A stretch of 63,477 nucleotides of DNA, counting the filler, from Hyphochytrium catenoides (lineage: Eukaryota; Protista; Hyphochytriomycota): NCBI GenBank assembly GCA_900088475.1. It is 11 parts of 11 records of this genome, joined end to end, with 100 filler letters (N's around TTAATTAATTAA, not from the genome) between each part and the next. Parts side by side here need not be neighbours in the genome. Positions count along the whole stretch, not along the records: positions 51,757 to 63,477 come from FLMG01004254.1; 10 more parts are not named here. One strand, given 5' to 3'. The notes under the pieces are model-generated. The model was given only the letters and a program-made list of their open reading frames with translations. It was not told the origin of the DNA and made no database searches. Shown in pieces: positions 59,601 to 63,477 of this stretch (position 1 is the stretch's first letter; each line of letters opens with the position of its first letter). The position numbers and the translations under genes are program-made.

Positions 59601-61299
59601 TCTTTGTCTCTTCCGCTGGGGCCTCTCCCCTACGTACCTGGTTAATCAATAGACTTGGCAAGGCCTGTCCTCCTCCCATAGAGACAGCAGTTAGACTCTT
59701 CTTCAGCGTCTCTCCTTCTCCCTTTTTCCTCTCGCCGCATGCATTTGTCCAGTCTCTTTCTCTCTCGCTGTCTCTCCTCTGCAGTTCCCTACTATTCAGT
59801 GCCAATCTCGCGGCTGCCAGCTCCAGTCCCAGGCCATGGTAGCCGCCAAGAAAGAAAGGATGTCGAACTATTTCACTCATATTCGGCCGTTTGCTGGGCG
59901 AGCCTTGAAGACAGAGGGAAAGAAGAGAGAGAGCAGCAGGATCGGAGACAACAGAAGAGAGAGAGGCACTAAGAGGAGAAAGTGATCTCTCCCTCATATC
60001 TTCACCAGGACAGAGAATCAAGTCGAGGATACTCTTAGGAATCTCTCCCTTGAGAAACAGCTTGAGAAGAGAGATGCCAAAGGACCAGATGTCCATTGAA
60101 AATGACGCCAAAAGCGGAGGAGAGACTGTGCGCTCCTCGCTGTTCTTCTCCGTTTCTCTCTTGGCGTCGCCCACGCCTGTGTTGGCGCTTCTCCCTTTCT
60201 CTTTCTCTTCCTCTGTCTCTTCTCTTCTTTCTGTCTCCCTCTGGAGCCATCGGGCCAGTTCTGGCGGGCAATACTCATCGATCGTCCTCGTCTCTCTCTC
60301 TTTGATAAATTGCAGCGCTGTTCCTTCTTTTTGGGCTAGAGAGAGAGAAAAAAGCTTTGGAAGGATGTTTCTCCTCACTGAAAAGTCTCTGAGTGTCTCC
60401 AATCTAAAGTCTGAGTGTATGAAGCCATGGACATGTACAGAAGAGAGAGAGTGGGCCACTCTCTCCGAGAGAGAGCGGATCTCATTTACCGTTAGCTGGT
60501 GACTCTCTGCAAACTCCTGCAGGTTATCTCGTCCTGCTTCCAGTACAGCGTAGACCCGTCTACCATTCCACTCTGTCTCACACAGCTCATCATGGAGAAC
60601 CTCAGCTGCGAACTCTGGCCCGAGAAGTTGAAAGAGAGAGAGCTCGGCCTGGGCGCGCTCTCTCTCTTCCACAGGCCAGATCTTCAGCGTGACCAGAGCC
60701 GTCTCTGGGTCATACTGCCAGGTATCTACAGCCTCGAAGGTCCATCCCTCGGCCAGTCCAATGTCCTGCCGGAGCTGGTAGCGCCCGTCGAGCAGCAGGT
60801 TTCTCTCAAGGTCTGGACGCCCTGCAAGGTCCTGGTGACGGAGATCTATGGCTATCGCGGTAGGTATTGTCTCTTCTTCTTCCCCAGTCCACAGCGCGTA
60901 ATTCCTGCTGGGAGCGTCCAAGAAGAGGAAGGCAGCGGAAGAGAGAGAGAGAGAGGAACAGACACGGCAACAATGCAGAGATGAGGGCGAGACACAGCTA
61001 CAGCGAGCAGCAGGGCCAAGCTGGTAGCACGCCGGGCGGTAGTAGAGAAGAATCGACAAGGACAAAGACAAGCGCGAAGGCACAAGTAGAGAGAAAGGGC
61101 AGAAGAAGAGAGACCAAGACGCAGACGGCAGGCAGAAGAACAACGAAGCTATACTTTTACTTCGGCGCCAGATGGAACAGAGTGTCAGTCAAGCAGAAAG
61201 CAAACAAAGGAGATAGATCTGAGGAAAACTGTGTGGGAAGCAAGGTAAGAGAGATCGAGAGAGAGCGTATCCGTGCGTGGGAGACAGCGACAGACAGAC

Positions 61300-61333
<34 letters not shown>

Positions 61334-62729
61334 TACCCGATCTGACTCTGATCTCTGTCTGTTATTGTGGCTATCCCGACTGCCCATGGTGTCGCGAGAG
61401 CGTGCTGAGATCCGCTTGTGGAGGAAGAGGTAGACTGCAGGGGGAGAGCCAGAGACGAAGAAAATGAGGAAGGGAGAGAGAGAGCGGAAGCCAAAGCAGA
61501 AGAGGAAGGGGGACGAGAAAGAGAAGAAGAATGGGAGCCCGAGCGGGGATGGAGAGAGAGAGGCCTACGGAGACGGAAGCGCCTCCTGTTCTCTACCAGC
61601 CTCTTTTTTCTACCATCGTCTTTCTCTGGGTCTCGAAAGGAAGAGAGAGAGAAGTTATTGCTGAGGTTTCTCTCTTCTCTCCTTTTTGCTCGCTATCCTC
61701 ACCCGACGTCCTCCTTCCTCCCGGCCTTCTTCTCCGGATCTCTCTCTCTTTCCTCTTCTCTTCTAGAAGAAGAGGAAGAGCTGCAGGGACAAAAGGTCCG
61801 AGGAAACGTAGCACTTTCTTGCGGGAGAGAAAAGAGAGATCCTTTAGGAGTCTCGTCTCCACGTCCTCTCGGTCCAGAAGTGAGAGAGACGCACCAACTA
61901 GCATAAGTTCTCTACTTCTCTCTCCTACTCTGACGTCCCCACCAGACTCTCTCACTAACACCTCAGACACTTGGTCCATACTCCAGAACCGCTCCCTCCC
62001 CCTCTCTCCCTCCGTATGCCAGGCCACGGAGCTTGAGAACTCTCTCTCTCCTCTTCCGCTTTCTATTTCTCTTTCCTCGCTCTCTGTTGCCACCACTAGA
62101 AGTACCGCATGGAGAGCCTCGATATCTCTCTTCGAGACAGAGGACAGCTCTTTCCGTAGAAGTGCCTTATTGTTGGCCAAGAGAGAGAGAGAAGTGCCAT
62201 GGACTTGTCTCTCTCTCGCCAGCTCAGCGACTTCCACCGGGAAGCCCAGCCAAAGCAGCCACCGCGACACATCTTCGGCTGTCCAGCACGCAGGAGAAGG
62301 TTTGTCCCGCCAGCTTCCGTTCTCTTCTACTGTCTCTGCTGTCCTCTCGCTTTCCGCTTCCTCTTCTTCTTCATCGCCTAGCACTGAGAATGAGTGTCCT
62401 TTGTCTCTCTCTTGTTGATGAGAAGGAAGCACGGAGGAAGAGAGAGAGAAAGGAAGAAGTGCGATGGCTTGGAAAGCGGGGGCTGAAGGCTGAGCGATAA
62501 TGGCAGGAGGCGGAGAGAGCCCTGCTGCTTGTGAGGCGGGAGAAGAGGAAGAGCAACCGAAGGGTCTCCTTGGGGCTGTGGAGACAAGGCTATCGCTTCT
62601 CTCCTCCTCTCGCTCCTCTCTCTCTCTGATATCCGTAATGGATCGCCTTTCCTCTTTCATCTCTTCGCTGTTGCTTCTCTCTCCTCCTCCTCCATCTTCC
62701 CCGTCTGCCATTGGAAGGCTCCAATTCAT
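56640..62729 (-). CDS. Large multi-exon gene: two SAM-like domains, a protein-kinase-like (probable pseudokinase) domain and a coiled-coil C-terminus
   Basis: WTAEDVSRWLLWLG..QVHGTSLSLL and WSMDQVSEVL..LVGASLSLLDREDV (SAM-like); kinase exon about 60905-59638 with VTLKIW, IHSD, YCPPE, DIWSFG, KRP..IVRHPFF; phase-0 splices to exons 59270-59163 and 58832-58797. The join between SAM and kinase exons and the 3' end are inferred. Confidence 0.6.
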
Positions 62730-63477
62730 TCTACTCTTCGCCTTCCGCCATCACCTGAACAGCCTCTGGACCTCCAGTCTCCTCTTCTCTCGCTCTCCTG
62801 ACTTTCCTGCCTCGGGCCCGGCGCCTCACGGGAGCATCACCCATAGCCAGAGGAGGATGAAGAAGAAGGAAGAGCTCTGGGCACTGCAGCTGCTTGCGCC
62901 CTTCCTTCTTTCCCTTTCCTCTGCCCTTCCTTCTCTCGCCTCAGTCACAGCCTTTGCTGGTCTTCTCGCTCTTCTTTCCCTTCTTGTCATCAGTCCTCCT
63001 TCCTCCACAAGAAGAAAACCCCAGAAAAGAGAGGGAGAGAGAGAGAGAGAGAGAGAGCGCGAGGGAGAGAGAGAGAGAGAAAGAGAGAGAACGACCCTGC
63101 TGTCTTTTTCCCCTGCTCAAGTCCAGGGGTAGGACAGGGAGTTGTAGAGCCGGTGACGGTAAGCGCACATCGCATAATACATTCAGTAACAACAACATCG
63201 GAAATAACGACACCGCAATACAGTGCAGAGAGGTCTTGGCTTGTGCGGTGCTGGAACAGTAGTTCCTCTCTAGTTCTATCTCTAACAAGTCGTACTTGTC
63301 CCCCCTCCTGTTGCCTTTCTCGGGTATCAAAAGCGGCATTTCTTTACTGTAGCAGTGCCTCTCAATGCCTGGCTCCTCTCATCCTCCTCCATCAGCTGAA
63401 GGTGCAGAGCTAATTTATCCAGGGAACTTTCTTACGACTGAGCCTTAGTAGTAAGTAACTAAAAAAGAATGATTCTA

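Larger units (their letters stand above)
28360..63090. repeat. Numerous dispersed (GA/CT)n microsatellites (for example 30023-30100, 33095-33155, 49905-49960, 50411-50458, 55110-55160)
   Basis: Directly visible; they produce the many spurious LSLSLS/ERERER ORFs. Confidence 0.95.

Overview
Eukaryotic DNA, not a continuous locus. It is 11 contigs joined by ten artificial 100-bp spacers (N44-TTAATTAATTAA-N44), so adjacency across a spacer has no biological meaning. Genes mostly have GT-AG introns and use the standard code, and the later contigs are very rich in (GA/CT)n. The NOG2 sequence and several gene families resemble stramenopiles as I recall them; this is inference, not a search result. 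Supported genes: NOG2 and RRP9 (convergent, both partial), a chalcone-isomerase-fold gene, an intronless secreted beta/gamma-crystallin-like protein, an intronless Mx-like dynamin GTPase, a CBM20 protein, a THUMP-domain methyltransferase, a TDP2-like phosphodiesterase, a spherulin-4/GH135 protein, a histidine acid phosphatase, a Phi-1/EXORDIUM-like protein and a SAM-SAM-pseudokinase-coiled-coil gene. Mobile DNA comprises two degenerate Copia elements, a 5'-truncated CRE-like non-LTR element and several unclassified repeats. The most interesting items mostly appear only after manual splicing. (1) TDP2 has a PARP-type zinc finger inserted inside its catalytic domain plus a C-terminal SUMO-interaction-like motif. 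(2) The Mx-like GTPase has a Tudor/SH3-like barrel inserted in its stalk. (3) Two carbohydrate-active proteins on one contig (CBM20 and GH135) lack signal peptides and end in CaaX prenylation motifs. All family calls come from motif recognition by eye; novelty is untested.
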